Assembly (NCBI GenBank): GCA_963674755.2
Contig: CAXXVS010000002.1
Span: forward strand, 2,144,001 to 2,208,000
Length of the DNA: 64,000 nucleotides
Direction: 5' to 3'
Source: Desulfobacterales bacterium
GTDB lineage: Bacteria > Desulfobacterota > Desulfobacteria > Desulfobacterales > UBA5852
Made by a program: the position numbers and the translations under genes. The notes beneath the pieces were generated by a model. It was not told the DNA's origin. It did not search any database and saw only the letters and a program-made list of their open reading frames with translations. Shown in pieces: positions 40,609 through 52,882 of the stretch; the stretch's first letter is position 1, and each line of letters begins with the position of its first letter.

Positions 40609-41370
40609 TTAGCGGCCCGGGTCCGGATCGACTCGGCCAAAACGTCGTTCGCGCCCCTGGTAGTCCGTCAGGATCTGGATAAATTCCTCTTTCCCGAAAT
40701 CCGGCCACAGGGTGGGCGTGAAGCAAAACTCGGCATAGGCCAGTTGCCAGAGGAGAAAATTGCTCAAGCGCATTTCGCCGCTGGTGCGAATCAGCAGGTC
40801 GGGGTCGGGAATCTCCCGGGTGAACAGCTTGCCGGCCAGCAGCGCATCGTCGATGGAGGCCGGCGCCAGCCGCCCGGCGGCGGCCTCTGCGGCGACTTCC
40901 CGAACCGCATGGATGATTTCGGAACGCCCGCCGTAGCTAAGGGCCAGAATGAGGTTCAGCCCGTCATTGGAGCGCGTTTGGGAGCTGACCTCTTCCAGGG
41001 AACGGCGGACCTCGTCGGGCAGTCGATGGGTTTCGCCGATGGTGCGCAGGCGGATATTGTTGGTCCGCAGCTCCTCGGCCTCGGTTTTGAGAAATTTCTG
41101 AAGCAGGGCCATCAGGGCGTCCACTTCCATCTGTGGACGGGCCCAGTTTTCGGTGGAAAACGCGTAGAGCGTCAGGTAGGGGATGCCGATTTCGCGGCTG
41201 GCTCTGACAACGGCCCGCACCGCGTCCGCGCCTTTCTCATGGCCTTTGATCCGGTTGAGCAGCCGCTTTTTGGCCCAACGGCCGTTACCGTCCATGATGA
41301 TGGCCACATGCCGGGGCAGCCGTTGGGGATCGAGTCGGGCCGCTTCCGGTGAAGACGCATCAGAATTCAA
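40609..41370 (-). CDS. uppS: Undecaprenyl diphosphate synthase
   Basis: HVAIIMDGNGRWA, YAFSTENW, DLLIRTSGEMRLSNFLLWQ; TTG start overlapping the frr end. Confidence 0.97.
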   Translation of the reverse strand: MNSDASSPEAARLDPQRLPRHVAIIMDGNGRWAKKRLLNRIKGHEKGADAVRAVVRASREIGIPYLTLYAFSTENWARPQMEVDALMALLQKFLKTEAEELRTNNIRLRTIGETHRLPDEVRRSLEEVSSQTRSNDGLNLILALSYGGRSEIIHAVREVAAEAAAGRLAPASIDDALLAGKLFTREIPDPDLLIRTSGEMRLSNFLLWQLAYAEFCFTPTLWPDFGKEEFIQILTDYQGRERRFGRVDPDPGR

Positions 41371-41917
41371 GGATTTCCTTCTCTTTGTCTTTATAGATAT
41401 CGTCGATCTGGCTGATGAATTCGTCGGTGATCTTCTGAACCTGGTCCTGCCCTTTGAAGGCGGCGTCCTCGGCAATCTCACCGTCTTTTTTGAGACTTTT
41501 CAGCAGCTCATTGGCATCCCGCCGGATATTGCGGATTGCGATCTTGTGATCTTCACAGGTTTTATGGACCGACTTCGCTAACTGCTTGCGGCGTTCCTCG
41601 GTCAGGGGCGGAATGGCGATCCGGATGATTTTGCCGTCGTTGGAAGGCGTCAGCCCGAGGTCGGACTTCATTAGGGCCTTTTCAATCTCCTTGATCACCG
41701 ACGCATCCCAGGGCTGAATCGTAATCAGCCGGCTTTCAGGCACGGACAACGAGGCCATTTGATTGATCGGAGTGGGGGTGCCGTAATAATCGACCCGGAT
41801 GCCGTCTAAAAGGGAAAGGTTCGCCCGCCCCGTCCGAACACGCTTCAGTTCGGTCTTCAGGGAGGCGATGGTTTTGCCCATAGTTTCCCGAGTATCCTCA
41901 TAGATGTCGTCTAACAT
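41360..41917 (-). CDS. frr: Ribosome recycling factor
   Basis: RTGRA, VDYYG, PPLTEERRK, IRNIRRD. Confidence 0.98.
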   Translation of the reverse strand: MLDDIYEDTRETMGKTIASLKTELKRVRTGRANLSLLDGIRVDYYGTPTPINQMASLSVPESRLITIQPWDASVIKEIEKALMKSDLGLTPSNDGKIIRIAIPPLTEERRKQLAKSVHKTCEDHKIAIRNIRRDANELLKSLKKDGEIAEDAAFKGQDQVQKITDEFISQIDDIYKDKEKEILEF

Positions 41918-41987
41918 GGGGCCACCTGTTCACTAAACGGTTGATCGTTGGGAAAGCGGCGGGGAACCACACCGACCGGAGAGCCGG

Positions 41988-42704
41988 TTAATGGTGAATC
42001 AATGTTCCGACGGACTCCCCACACACCACTTTCAGGATATTGCGGGCCTGATTGAGGTTGAACACGGAGAGGGGCAGCTTGTTATCCATCGCCAGGGAGA
42101 TGGCCGTCATGTCCATGACTTTCAGTTGCCGCTCCAGCACGTCCATGTAACTGACGTCCTTGAGAAAGCAGGCCTCGGGGTGGGTGACCGGATCCGCATC
42201 GTAAAGACCGTCCACCTTGGTGGCCTTGAGCAGGATTTCGGCATGGATCTCCTGGGCCCGCAAGACCGCGGCCGTATCCGTCGTAAAATAAGGATTGCCG
42301 GTACCGGCCGCAAAAATCACCACCCGTCCCTTATCCAAATGGCGCACCGCCCGTCTCAAAATATAGGGTTCGGCAACCTCGTGCATGGAAATGGCCGACT
42401 GGGTGCGTGTCTGGATGCCCTGCTTTTCCAAGGCATCCTGCAGGGCCAGGCTGTTGATGACCGTGGCCAGCATGCCCATGTGATCCGCCGAAGCGCGGTC
42501 CATGCCATAGGAACTGGCGGCAATACCGCGAAAGATATTGCCGCCCCCCACAACGATGGCGACTTGCACCCCCAGATCATGAACCGACTGCACTTCTTCG
42601 GCCACATACTTGATCATATCGGGGCTGATGCCGAAGCCCTGATCACCCATCAGGGCTTCGCCGCTCAGTTTCAGCAGGATTCTTCCATAGCGAGGTTGTG
42701 TCAA
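41988..42704 (-). CDS. pyrH: UMP kinase
   Basis: [27 protein letters not shown]. Confidence 0.98.
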   Translation of the reverse strand: MTQPRYGRILLKLSGEALMGDQGFGISPDMIKYVAEEVQSVHDLGVQVAIVVGGGNIFRGIAASSYGMDRASADHMGMLATVINSLALQDALEKQGIQTRTQSAISMHEVAEPYILRRAVRHLDKGRVVIFAAGTGNPYFTTDTAAVLRAQEIHAEILLKATKVDGLYDADPVTHPEACFLKDVSYMDVLERQLKVMDMTAISLAMDNKLPLSVFNLNQARNILKVVCGESVGTLIHH

Positions 42705-42705
42705 A

Positions 42706-43305
42706 TCAGGACTCCCCTATCTGGAAACGCACAAACCGTTTGACGGAAATATTCTCGCCGATCTTGGCAATCAGCTCGTTGAGCAGGTCGGCAATCGTGA
42801 TGTCCGGATCTCGCACATAGGCCTGCTGCATCAGGCAGTTTTCTTTCAGGAACTTGTTCATTTTGCCTTCAACGATCTTTTCGATGACGTTCTCCGGCTT
42901 GCCGGTCTGTTTAGCCTGGTCCACGTAGATGGCCTTTTCACGGGCCAGGGTTTCGGCCGGCACATCCTCCGGCGAAATGCCGATGGGATTGGTGGCGGCG
43001 ATATGCATGGCGACATTCTTGGCGAACTCCTGGAAATCGTCGCTCTTGGCGACAAAATCCGTTTCGCAGTTGATTTCCACCATCACGCCCAGTTTCCCGC
43101 CGGTGTGCACATAGGGCTGTACCACGCCCTCGGTCGTGGCCCGTCCGGCCCGCTTGGCGGCCGTGGCCAGCCCTTTCTTGCGCAGGAAGTCGATGGCCTT
43201 ATCCATGTCGCCGTCGTTTTCGGTGAGCGCTTTTTTACAATCCATCATCCCGGATCCGGTCTTCTCCCGGAGTTGCTTAACCATGGCAGCTGTTATTTCT
43301 GACAT
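42706..43305 (-). CDS. tsf: Elongation factor Ts, short form
   Basis: [27 protein letters not shown]. Confidence 0.98.
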   Translation of the reverse strand: MSEITAAMVKQLREKTGSGMMDCKKALTENDGDMDKAIDFLRKKGLATAAKRAGRATTEGVVQPYVHTGGKLGVMVEINCETDFVAKSDDFQEFAKNVAMHIAATNPIGISPEDVPAETLAREKAIYVDQAKQTGKPENVIEKIVEGKMNKFLKENCLMQQAYVRDPDITIADLLNELIAKIGENISVKRFVRFQIGES

Positions 43306-43307
43306 AC

Positions 43308-44213
43308 CTACTCTCCTGTTTTCTCTGTATCGGGGGCTTCCGTAGCGTCCGTATCGACTTCTTCGACTTCTTCGGCTTCCGGTTCCGAACGACGAATGAT
43401 TTCAACCACCGGGCCATCCGTGCCGTCCGAGATGACTTTCCGCTCACCCGGCTTCAGATCCGCGCTGCTGGGGACTTCTTCGATCACCTCATCGGTGGCC
43501 TTGTCCGCCTCGGCCTGCTGCTTTTCCAGGTAGCGCTGGTGCCCTTCGAGGCAGGCATCGGCCATACGGGAAGTCAACAGACGAATGGCACGAATCGCAT
43601 CGTCGTTGCCGGGGATGATGTAATCGATATCATCCGGATCGCAGTTGGTATCCACGACGGCCACGATCGGAATGCCCAACCGGCGCCCTTCCTTGACGGC
43701 AATGGCCTCGCATTTGGGATCGATAACAAAGATGGCGCCAGGCAGGGAGGTCATCGTGCGGATACCGCCCAGGTTGTTGTCGAGTTTGACCCGTTCCTTG
43801 CCCAGTTTCAGGCGTTCTTTTTTAGGGAAAAGATTGATCGTCCCGTCATTTTCGATCGTATTGAGGTAGTTCAGACGATCGATGCTTTGTTTGATGGTCT
43901 GGAAATTGGTCAGCATGCCGCCCAGCCAGCGGTTGTGAACGTAATACATCTCCGCCCGGTTGGCTTCTTCATAGATGGACTCGCGGGCCTGTTTTTTGGT
44001 TCCCACGAAAAGCACGGATTTGCCCTTGGCGGCCGTATCCGTGATGAAGTTGTAGGCGTCTTTGAACATGCGGACGGTCTTTTGCAGATCGACAATGTAA
44101 ATCCCGTTACGCGCGCCAAAGATATAGGGCTTCATCTTGGGGTTCCAGCGTCGCGTCTGGTGGCCGAAATGGACACCCGCCTCCAACAATTCCTTCATCG
44201 TCACATAAGCCAT
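43308..44213 (-). CDS. rpsB: 30S ribosomal protein S2
   Basis: [36 protein letters not shown]; acidic tail. Confidence 0.99.
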   Translation of the reverse strand: MAYVTMKELLEAGVHFGHQTRRWNPKMKPYIFGARNGIYIVDLQKTVRMFKDAYNFITDTAAKGKSVLFVGTKKQARESIYEEANRAEMYYVHNRWLGGMLTNFQTIKQSIDRLNYLNTIENDGTINLFPKKERLKLGKERVKLDNNLGGIRTMTSLPGAIFVIDPKCEAIAVKEGRRLGIPIVAVVDTNCDPDDIDYIIPGNDDAIRAIRLLTSRMADACLEGHQRYLEKQQAEADKATDEVIEEVPSSADLKPGERKVISDGTDGPVVEIIRRSEPEAEEVEEVDTDATEAPDTEKTGE

Positions 44214-44320
44214 TGGTCTCTCCTTTAACGATTCGGTTTGGCCACCGTCCCCTTCCTCCCCGCCTCCGACTTTCAAAGAAAGCACCGGGAAGCCGGTCCG
44301 GGAACGTGTGATGTGTAATA
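44214..44320 (-). promoter_or_regulatory. Putative S2 (rpsB) autoregulatory leader
   Basis: Structured GC-rich 5' UTR with CACAC...CCGGTGC...AACC motifs before the RBS. Confidence 0.5.
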
Positions 44321-44389
44321 AGGGATCAAATCCCAAAATCGAATTTCTTTAACAAAACATCCCTATAGATGCAACCGTTTTTTGTCCGG

Positions 44390-45271
44390 TCAAGCCCGCA
44401 CCATACAGGCCACCCGGTCCTGACCGGCGTAGTCCGGCCGACAAGCGATATCCCGATAAACGTGGCAGGCTTCGGCCAGCCCATGCACGGCCCGGTATTG
44501 ATCGTGTCCGATTTCGATCATCAACGCCCCACCTGGTTTCAACAGGGGGGGCACCTGCCGGATGATCGCACGCAGGCAATCCAACCCGTCGGCCCCGCCA
44601 TCGAGGGCCATGCGCGGCTCATAGCGGGCGATCTCCGGCTGCAATGCATCGATCTGCCCGGAAGGTATGTAGGGCGGATTGGACACGATAAGGTCGAAGG
44701 GCGCATGGGGGGCCTGCAGCATATCCATCCAATTCCCCGCCAACAGACCAACCCGATCCTGGAGCTGATTGCGCCGGCAATTGCGCTGGGCGATGGCCAA
44801 CGCTCCGAGGGAGCGGTCCACCGCCACCACCCGGTCTTCCGGGCAGCTATGTGCCAGGCTCAGTGCAAGGGCCCCCGAACCGGTGCCCAAATCTAGCAGC
44901 CGGCGTTCGGACCGGCCGGTGTAACGCTCTAAAAAGGCCAGGGCTGCTTCCACCACACACTCGGTTTCCGGCCGGGGGATCAGCACCTCCGGGCTCACGG
45001 CCAATTCCAGATCCCAGAACGCTTTGGTACCCGTAATGTAAGCCACCGGCTCGCGGGCCTTACGGCGTTGGACCAACGTGCGAAAGCGGTGCAGCTCTTC
45101 CGGATTAAGAGGCTGATCGTGACGCAAATAGAGATCGATCCGTGCGATGCCCAGGGCAAACGCCAGCAGGAGTTCGGCATCCAGCCGCGGACTCTCGATG
45201 GCCTGTTCTTCGAAATAGCGGGTGGTTCGCTGGAGAAGCGCGATGATGGTCCAGTTGTCAGGACGCTTCAT
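44390..45271 (-). CDS. prmC: Release factor glutamine methyltransferase
   Basis: [31 protein letters not shown]; follows prfA. Confidence 0.97.
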   Translation of the reverse strand: MKRPDNWTIIALLQRTTRYFEEQAIESPRLDAELLLAFALGIARIDLYLRHDQPLNPEELHRFRTLVQRRKAREPVAYITGTKAFWDLELAVSPEVLIPRPETECVVEAALAFLERYTGRSERRLLDLGTGSGALALSLAHSCPEDRVVAVDRSLGALAIAQRNCRRNQLQDRVGLLAGNWMDMLQAPHAPFDLIVSNPPYIPSGQIDALQPEIARYEPRMALDGGADGLDCLRAIIRQVPPLLKPGGALMIEIGHDQYRAVHGLAEACHVYRDIACRPDYAGQDRVACMVRA

Positions 45272-46325
45272 CTTGAAGGGCCTGGGCCTGGTAGTGGGAT
45301 ATCAGTTCATCGATGACGGGATCGAGAACGCCCTGCATGATTTCTTCCAGCCGGTAAAGCGTCAGCCCGATACGATGGTCGGTCACACGCCCCTGGGGAA
45401 AATTGTAGGTGCGGATGCGCCCGCTGCGGTCCCCGTCGCCAATCTGGTTCTTGCGTTCGGCCGAGCGCTTGGCATCCTGTTCGCGCACCATCTGATCCAG
45501 CAGCCGGGCCCGCAGCACTTTGAGGGCCTTGGCCTTGTTTTTGATCTGAGACTTTTCATCCTGGCAGGTCACCACCAGACCGGTGGGCAGGTGGGTGATG
45601 CGCACGGCCGAATCGGTGGTATTGACGCTCTGACCTCCCGGGCCGGTGGAGCGGTAGACATCGATCTTGAGTTCGGCGCTGTCGATTTCCACATCCACTT
45701 CTTCCGCCTCCGGCAGCACGGCCACGGTCACCGCCGAGGTATGAATGCGGCCCTGGGTCTCCGTAGTGGGAACCCGCTGGACCCGGTGGGTGCCGCTCTC
45801 ATATTTCATGCGGCTGTAGGCCCCCTGCCCCTGGACCATGGCGATAATTTCCTTGAACCCGCCCACCCCCGTGGCGTGTTCGCTCATCACCTCCACCTTC
45901 CAGCGCTGATTCTCGGCATAGCGGGCGTACATGCGGAAAAGATCGGCGGCAAAGAGGGCGGCCTCGTCTCCGCCCGTACCGGCGCGGATTTCGAGAATGA
46001 TATTCTTGTCGTCGTTGGGGTCTTTGGGAACCAGGAGTTTGTGGAGATCCACCTCCAGGGTATCACGCTTCTCGGTCAAGCGGGCGATCTCCTCCCGGGC
46101 CAGGCTTTTCATCTCAGGATCGTCATCCTGCAGCAGTTCCTGGCTTTCGGCCAAATCCGCGACCACTTGCTGATAGGCACGGAAAGCGGCCACCACCTTG
46201 CTCAACTCGGCATGCTCCCGACTGAGTTTGGTGAACGCCGCGCGATCTTTGACGACATCCGGAGCGCTCAGCGCTCTTTCGACTTCGTCAAACCGCTCCT
46301 CGACACCTTTGAGTTTATCAAACAT
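45258..46325 (-). CDS. prfA: Peptide chain release factor 1
   Basis: [17 protein letters not shown] (PxT), [14 protein letters not shown]. Confidence 0.98.
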   Translation of the reverse strand: MFDKLKGVEERFDEVERALSAPDVVKDRAAFTKLSREHAELSKVVAAFRAYQQVVADLAESQELLQDDDPEMKSLAREEIARLTEKRDTLEVDLHKLLVPKDPNDDKNIILEIRAGTGGDEAALFAADLFRMYARYAENQRWKVEVMSEHATGVGGFKEIIAMVQGQGAYSRMKYESGTHRVQRVPTTETQGRIHTSAVTVAVLPEAEEVDVEIDSAELKIDVYRSTGPGGQSVNTTDSAVRITHLPTGLVVTCQDEKSQIKNKAKALKVLRARLLDQMVREQDAKRSAERKNQIGDGDRSGRIRTYNFPQGRVTDHRIGLTLYRLEEIMQGVLDPVIDELISHYQAQALQDEAS

Positions 46326-46529
46326 AACGCCTCTGCAAGCGCAACCCGCGCATGGCCAGCCGGTTCAGGGCCGGTCGGCGGTCATGTCGCTGAAATGCTT
46401 GCGCTGTTCACGGGGTGGAACGCACCGGACACCACAGCAGGTACAGCAAACCCCGTCCGATGCATGCTATCCGGCCGGGGCGTCTTATGCCCTGCTGTCC
46501 GAAAGTGGGCAGGCAAACCTGTGGAAGCG

Positions 46530-46745
46530 CTACTTTTGGGGCTTCTGGAACTTTTCGTATTTTTTGCGGAACCGTTCGATGCGGCCGGCCGTGTCGACCA
46601 GCTTTTGTTTGCCGGTAAAAAACGGGTGGCACTGGGAACAAATTTCCACGGTGATGTCTTTCCGGGTCGAACCGACTTCGAATTCGGCGCCGCAATGGCA
46701 TGTAATTTTGGTCGGCTGGTAATCCGGATGAATGTCTTTTTTCAT
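46530..46745 (-). CDS. rpmE: 50S ribosomal protein L31, Zn-binding type
   Basis: [13 protein letters not shown]...[10 protein letters not shown]. Confidence 0.97.
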   Translation of the reverse strand: MKKDIHPDYQPTKITCHCGAEFEVGSTRKDITVEICSQCHPFFTGKQKLVDTAGRIERFRKKYEKFQKPQK

Positions 46746-46776
46746 GGTGAACCTTTTACCTCCGAATATTTTAAGA

Positions 46777-48024
46777 CTAAGCGTTCATCGATCTGAGAAA
46801 GTCCTTATTATCCGACGTCCCGCCCATTTTTTCAAGTAAAAATTCCATACTGTCCACCGGATTGAGGGAAACCAGCAGTTTGCGCAGGATCCAGACCCGG
46901 TTGAGGGTCTCTTCGTCCAGCAGGAGCTCTTCCTTGCGGGTACCGGACTTCTTGATGTCGATGGCCGGAAAGACCCGTTTGTCGGCCAGGCGCCGGTCAA
47001 GCACCAGTTCCATGTTGCCGGTGCCCTTGAATTCCTCGAAAATGACCTCGTCCATACGGCTTCCGGTGTCGATCAGGGCCGTGGCGATAATGGTCAGGCT
47101 GCCCCCCTCCTCGATGTTGCGGGCGGCGCCGAAAAACCGTTTGGGGCGCTGCAGCGCGTTGGAATCCACACCGCCGGAGAGAATCTTGCCGCTGGGCGGC
47201 ACCACCGAGTTATAGGCCCGCGCCAGACGCGTAATGCTGTCCAGCAGGATAACGACATCCTTCTTGTGCTCCACCAGCCGTTTGGCTTTTTCGATCACCA
47301 TCTCGGCCACCTGGACATGGCGTTCGGCCGGCTCGTCAAAGGTGGAGCTGATCACCTCCGCGTCCACCGAGCGGTCCATGTCCGTGACTTCCTCCGGCCG
47401 TTCGTCGATCAGCAGCACAAACGGAACCACGTTTTTATGGCTGGCAATGATGCTGTTGGCAATGTTCTGAAGGAGCATGGTTTTACCGGTGCGGGGCGGC
47501 GACACGATCAGGCCGCGCTGTCCGAAACCGATGGGCGTCATCAGGTCCATGACGCGCGTGGAATAGTTGTCCGCCGCCGTTTCGAGATTGACCTTGCGTT
47601 CCGGGTAAAGGGGCGTGAGGTTGTCGAAAAGGATCTTTTCGCGGGCCACTTCCGGGTCTTCGTAGTTGACGGCTTCGACCTTGAGAAGGGCGAAATAGCG
47701 CTCCGACTCCTTGGGCTGCCGGATCTGCCCGGATACGGTATCCCCCGTGCGCAGGTTGAAACGCCGGATCTGGGAGGGCGACACGTAGATGTCGTCCGGA
47801 CCGGGCAGGTAATTGTAACCGGGGGAGCGCAGAAATCCAAATCCGTCCGGCAGGATCTCCAGCGTTCCGACGCCATAGATCGACCCGTTTTTTTCGATCT
47901 GGGCCTGCAGCAGCGCAAAGATCAATTCCTGTTTGCGCATGCCGGCTGCCCCTTCGATTTTGAATTCCTTCGCCATCAGGGTCAGCTCATTAATCTTTTT
48001 CTCCTTCAGTTCACTGATATTCAT
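46777..48024 (-). CDS. rho: Transcription termination factor Rho
   Basis: [48 protein letters not shown]. Confidence 0.99.
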   Translation of the reverse strand: MNISELKEKKINELTLMAKEFKIEGAAGMRKQELIFALLQAQIEKNGSIYGVGTLEILPDGFGFLRSPGYNYLPGPDDIYVSPSQIRRFNLRTGDTVSGQIRQPKESERYFALLKVEAVNYEDPEVAREKILFDNLTPLYPERKVNLETAADNYSTRVMDLMTPIGFGQRGLIVSPPRTGKTMLLQNIANSIIASHKNVVPFVLLIDERPEEVTDMDRSVDAEVISSTFDEPAERHVQVAEMVIEKAKRLVEHKKDVVILLDSITRLARAYNSVVPPSGKILSGGVDSNALQRPKRFFGAARNIEEGGSLTIIATALIDTGSRMDEVIFEEFKGTGNMELVLDRRLADKRVFPAIDIKKSGTRKEELLLDEETLNRVWILRKLLVSLNPVDSMEFLLEKMGGTSDNKDFLRSMNA

Positions 48025-48340
48025 GCAAATGCCACTCCGTTGAAGTAATAAAATACAGAGACACCCGTCTAAATCTTATTTTATCAGCACATGCCGGAAC
48101 TCGATCTATATCGGAAAAATGGACTGCGGGGGGTCAGACCGCCAAACGCAAAGCGGCCTTTCAAGGCACTATGGTCAATCAAGCTCTGGATTTTTAGTAT
48201 TCGTTATTTAGGTGTTTCTCTACTAAGATGTAATGATGAACAGGATCCTTGTTGGTTGTATTGGAGGAATAGATGTTTCAGATTATTTTGGATATGGAAT
48301 CACAAAAAAGGCGGGCCCCGTGCCTTTAATCACATGCCAA

Positions 48341-48367
48341 ATTATAGCATCACATGGATGCTGTCAA
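48341..48367 (-). promoter_or_regulatory. Putative rho promoter (TTGACA plus extended -10 TGcTATAAT)
   Basis: TTGACAGCATCCATGTGATGCTATAAT on the minus strand, ~315 nt upstream of the ATG. Confidence 0.6.
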
Positions 48368-48534
48368 GGGTTTTTCCTTTTTGCGGCGGGCATTTTAGCT
48401 TGCTTTTCAACGGCCCGCCCGCTTTATAGAAAGCAGCCCGCGGCATGCGCGGCGACCCGCCAGGGCGGGTCCCCTCAATCCGCCTCGGCCGGGTGGAAAT
48501 GGCCGCCTTCCCAAAAAACGCAAGGATTGACCCT

Positions 48535-49959
48535 ATGACACACTTGCCGTTGCCCGGCGATTTTTTGGCGACCCTGCCTGCGACACCAGGGGCCTACCTC
48601 GTGGGGGGAACCGTGCGCGACCTGCTGATGAAACGCCGTCCCACCGATATCGATATCGTCGTGGAGGGCAGCGCCGCCGCCTTCGCCCGGACCCTGGCCG
48701 AACGGGTCGGGGCACGGGTGGTGCCCATGGGCAAGGCCGACCTGACCACCTATCGCGTCACCTCGCGCCAGGTCTTGATCGACGTCACCGCCGTGACGGG
48801 CCCGTCCCTGGAAAACGACTTGCGGCGGCGGGATTTCACCGTCAATGCCATGGCCTGTCGTCTCCACGATCATCGTCTGGTTGACATCATGGGCGGCCGC
48901 CGGGACATCGAGACCCGCCGCATCCGGATGGTTTCCGAAAAAGCCTTTGTCCATGACCCCCTGCGGCTGCTGCGGGCCTTTCGCATGGCCGCCGTCCTCG
49001 ATTTCACCATTGAACCTGATACCCTCGCGGCCATCCAGCGCCACGGGCATCGCATCCACCAGCCGGCCGGCGAGCGCCTCGGCACCGAGTTTGTCCGGCT
49101 GCTGACCTGCCCGTCATCGACCGGACAGATCCTGGCCATGTCGGCAAGCGGCCTGCTGACCCATCTGATTCCGGAAATGCAACCCATGCGGGACTGCCGC
49201 CAAAACCGCCATCACGATTTCGATGTCTATACCCATACCCTGGAGGCCTTCGCGGCCCTCGAAACCTGCCTGCAGACGGCCGACCGTATCTCAGCCGCCT
49301 TGGGACGACGCTATCGCCAGGCGCCCTACCGCAGGAAAACCCCGGCCATCCTGAAATATGCGATCCTGCTGCACGACATCGGCAAACCCCCCACCCGGCA
49401 GACGGACGCCGAAGGCGATGTGCATTTCTACGGCCACGCCCAACGCAGTACGGAGCTGGCGGAAGCCGTTCACGCACGGCTGCGTTTCTCCAACGAGGAA
49501 GCCGCCCAGGCCCGGGCGATTATCCTCAACCACGACCGTCCCATGAACCTTCTGACAGCCCACAAGGCGCAAACCTTACGCCCCAAGGGCATCAACCGCC
49601 TCTATCGGGATTGCGATCCCTGGACGCCGGAAGTGCTGCTGCACGCCCTGGGCGACACGATGGGAAAAAAGCGAACACCCGATAGCGCCGTAGCAACCAC
49701 GCTGCACTTCATCCGCAGCCTGATCGACGACTACTTCCATCGCTACCGTCCCCTGGCCCAAGGCCGGCCCCTGGTGGGCGGCCGGGACCTGATGCACCAT
49801 TTCGATCTCCAGCCTTCCCCTCTTGTGGGCGAACTCCTGCAGGCCATCGAAGAAGAGCGCCTGGCCGGCCGCATCACCACCCGGGCCGACGCCATGGCGC
49901 ATGCGGCCGCCTGCCTGGCCCGCATCAGCCGGCCCGCCGCTCCTCCCGACGACCGGTGA
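48535..49959 (+). CDS. tRNA nucleotidyltransferase with HD domain, probably CC-adding
   Basis: VGGTVRD..DIDIV, RRDFTVNAMA, DPLRLLRAFR, LLHDIGKP. Confidence 0.85.
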   Translation: MTHLPLPGDFLATLPATPGAYLVGGTVRDLLMKRRPTDIDIVVEGSAAAFARTLAERVGARVVPMGKADLTTYRVTSRQVLIDVTAVTGPSLENDLRRRDFTVNAMACRLHDHRLVDIMGGRRDIETRRIRMVSEKAFVHDPLRLLRAFRMAAVLDFTIEPDTLAAIQRHGHRIHQPAGERLGTEFVRLLTCPSSTGQILAMSASGLLTHLIPEMQPMRDCRQNRHHDFDVYTHTLEAFAALETCLQTADRISAALGRRYRQAPYRRKTPAILKYAILLHDIGKPPTRQTDAEGDVHFYGHAQRSTELAEAVHARLRFSNEEAAQARAIILNHDRPMNLLTAHKAQTLRPKGINRLYRDCDPWTPEVLLHALGDTMGKKRTPDSAVATTLHFIRSLIDDYFHRYRPLAQGRPLVGGRDLMHHFDLQPSPLVGELLQAIEEERLAGRITTRADAMAHAAACLARISRPAAPPDDR

Positions 49960-49987
49960 GGGCGCTTCCCCTTTGCCTGCCCGCCAT

Positions 49988-50020
49988 AAAAAAATCCCGC
50001 CGGGCGGACCCGGCGGGATC
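49988..50020 (-). terminator. Terminator after adk, between convergent genes
   Basis: ATCCCGCCGGG-CGGA-CCCGGCGGGAT preceded by an A tract. Confidence 0.75.
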
Positions 50021-50044
50021 AAGTAAGCTTGGGGCATGGAGAAA

Positions 50045-50722
<678 letters not shown>

Positions 50723-50874
50723 TCAGTGTGAAGTTGGGGGATGTCCCTCCATATAAAAAGGTCTTGCAAAAAAACCGCATCCGGCGGCTTTATCGTCGAT
50801 TCAAGCCGAAGCCCCAACAGGGCGATAAAGGCGGCAACAAAACGCCGCAGGATGGCAAATGCCACTGTACCCAC

Positions 50875-51005
50875 GACGATTTCGTAAAACGTTCAAGATC
50901 AAGGCGTACAAGGTCCGCGGAATACCGCAAACGCGGGAACCGAAGGCGGCGCACAACGCCGATACTTGTCCGCCTTCGGCGGATCGGGCTGCTTACGAAA
51001 CCGTC
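50875..51005. mobile_element. MITE/REP-like 131-bp element
   Basis: Terminal IR GACGATTTCGTAA / TTACGAAACCGTC; internal hairpin TCCGCC-TTC-GGCGGA. Confidence 0.6.
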
Positions 51006-51241
51006 GCATAATTGCGCAAAGCCCTATGTCTGTCAAGATCTGGTTTGGCGCCCGGCGGCCCCTCCCGGTCGGGCCTGGCCGGGCGGCACTCTTGAGATAG
51101 GGTGGCAGAATGATTAAAGTACCTTGTAAAATAACTTGCCAAGGACCGATGTTTCCAGTATAAATCTTTTTTCTTTTTTGAGACTATAAAAAACACTGGG
51201 GAGTAAGATAAAGACCCGGTGGCCGGAAGGGGGCGAGGCAT

Positions 51242-51445
51242 TTGAAGGAAATCGCAGTCAAAGTTTATGACAACGACATTGAAAAAGCGATGCGCATTCT
51301 GAAGAAAAAAATTCAGAACGACGGCCTGTTCAAACGGCTCAAGCTTAAAAAAAGCTATGAAAAGCCGAGTGAATTCCGACGCCGCAAGCAGCGCGAGGCC
51401 CTGCGCCGCGAACGTATCGCAGCCGCCCGCCGCTACCGACGTTAG
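51242..51445 (+). CDS. rpsU: 30S ribosomal protein S21
   Basis: IEKAMRILKKK...SYEKPSE.RRRK. Confidence 0.93.
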   Translation: MKEIAVKVYDNDIEKAMRILKKKIQNDGLFKRLKLKKSYEKPSEFRRRKQREALRRERIAAARRYRR

Positions 51446-51461
51446 TCATTCCCGCGTCATC

Positions 51462-51494
51462 AAAACCCGGCAGCCGCGGCTGCCGGGTTTTTTT
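51462..51494 (+). terminator. Terminator after rpsU
   Basis: Perfect palindrome AAAACCCGGCAGCCGCGGCTGCCGGGTTTT followed by Ts. Confidence 0.8.
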
Positions 51495-51511
51495 GTGGAA
51501 GGAATCGTCTG

Positions 51512-52792
51512 ATGGAATCCTACGCGCAGTGCCTCAAGACCATGTTCAGCCTCCATCGCTTCGGCATCAAGTTGGGGCTGGATATCATCACCCAGATCCT
51601 GACAGGCCTCGGCAATCCCCAGAGCGCTTATCGCACCATCCATATCGCCGGCACCAACGGCAAGGGCTCCGTGGCCTCCATGCTCACCGGCATGCTGCAG
51701 GCCGCCGGCTACTCCGTGGGGCTTTACACCTCCCCGCATCTGGTGCATTTCAACGAACGCATCCGCATCAACGGCCGTCCGGTGAGCGATGCCGAAATCG
51801 TGGACAGCTACCGGGCTATCCGCAAGGTGCAACAGGGCGACCGCGAGCCCACCTTTTTCGAGTTCACCACGGCCATGGCGCTCCACCTTTTTAAACAGCA
51901 CAAGGTGGACTGGGCCGTGATCGAAACCGGCATGGGCGGCCGCCTGGACGCCACCAATGTGCTGACGCCGGAACTGAGCATCATCACCAACATCTCGCTG
52001 GAGCACAAAAGCTACCTGGGCAACACCATCGCCACCATCACCTATGAAAAAGCCGGCATCATCAAGCCCCAGACCCCGGTCATCACCGGCGTGCACCAAC
52101 CCTCGGCCGTAGCCGTGGTCACAGAGCGCGCCGCCAAGCTCAAGGCCCCCTGCTACCGCATGGGCCACGATTTCCGCTGCCGCCGCCTGCCCTCGTGCGC
52201 TTTCCACTACACGGGTATCGACCACCGCTGGCGCAATCTCGCCACCAACCTGCTGGGCCGCCACCAGGTGGACAATGCCGGCCTGGCCCTGGCCGCCGCC
52301 GAAGTGCTCATGCGCAAGGGTGTCGCCATCGATGAAACCCATGTGCGCCACGCCCTCACCCATACCGCCTGGCCCGGCCGCCTGGAGACGGTCTGCCAAG
52401 AGCCCCTGATTATTTTGGACGGGGCCCACAACCTCGCAGCCGCCCGCAACCTGAGCCGCTATCTGGAAGAAACCTACCCGGATCGGGATATCATCATGGT
52501 GGCCGGCATCCTGGACGACAAGCCCGCCCAGGAGATGCTCGCCGCCCTGTTGCCCGTCTGTCGCCGCGCCGTGATCACCTCCCCCACCATCGGCCGCGCC
52601 ATCCCGGCCGAGGAGCTGGCCCCCATCGCCAAAACGTTTGTCGATGAAGTGGACGAGATCCCCACCGTGGACCGCGCCGTGGCCCGGGCCCTGCAAATCG
52701 TGGAGAGCGGTCAGGTCATCGTGATTGCCGGGTCGCTGTATGTGGTGGGTGAGGCCTTGAAAACGCTTCAGGAAATGGGGTTAGCGAAATAA
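51512..52792 (+). CDS. folC: Folylpolyglutamate/dihydrofolate synthase
   Basis: HIAGTNGKGS, YTSPHL, ETGMGGRLDATN, WPGRLE, LDGAHN, GSLYVVG. Confidence 0.97.
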   Translation: MESYAQCLKTMFSLHRFGIKLGLDIITQILTGLGNPQSAYRTIHIAGTNGKGSVASMLTGMLQAAGYSVGLYTSPHLVHFNERIRINGRPVSDAEIVDSYRAIRKVQQGDREPTFFEFTTAMALHLFKQHKVDWAVIETGMGGRLDATNVLTPELSIITNISLEHKSYLGNTIATITYEKAGIIKPQTPVITGVHQPSAVAVVTERAAKLKAPCYRMGHDFRCRRLPSCAFHYTGIDHRWRNLATNLLGRHQVDNAGLALAAAEVLMRKGVAIDETHVRHALTHTAWPGRLETVCQEPLIILDGAHNLAAARNLSRYLEETYPDRDIIMVAGILDDKPAQEMLAALLPVCRRAVITSPTIGRAIPAEELAPIAKTFVDEVDEIPTVDRAVARALQIVESGQVIVIAGSLYVVGEALKTLQEMGLAK

Positions 52793-52882
52793 GGCCGGCA
52801 CCCAGGGCAGCCTTCTGGCTGAACACTCAAGTGGCAGGTTGACAACGCTGATGAATTGCCATAATTGGAATTGCACAATTTC

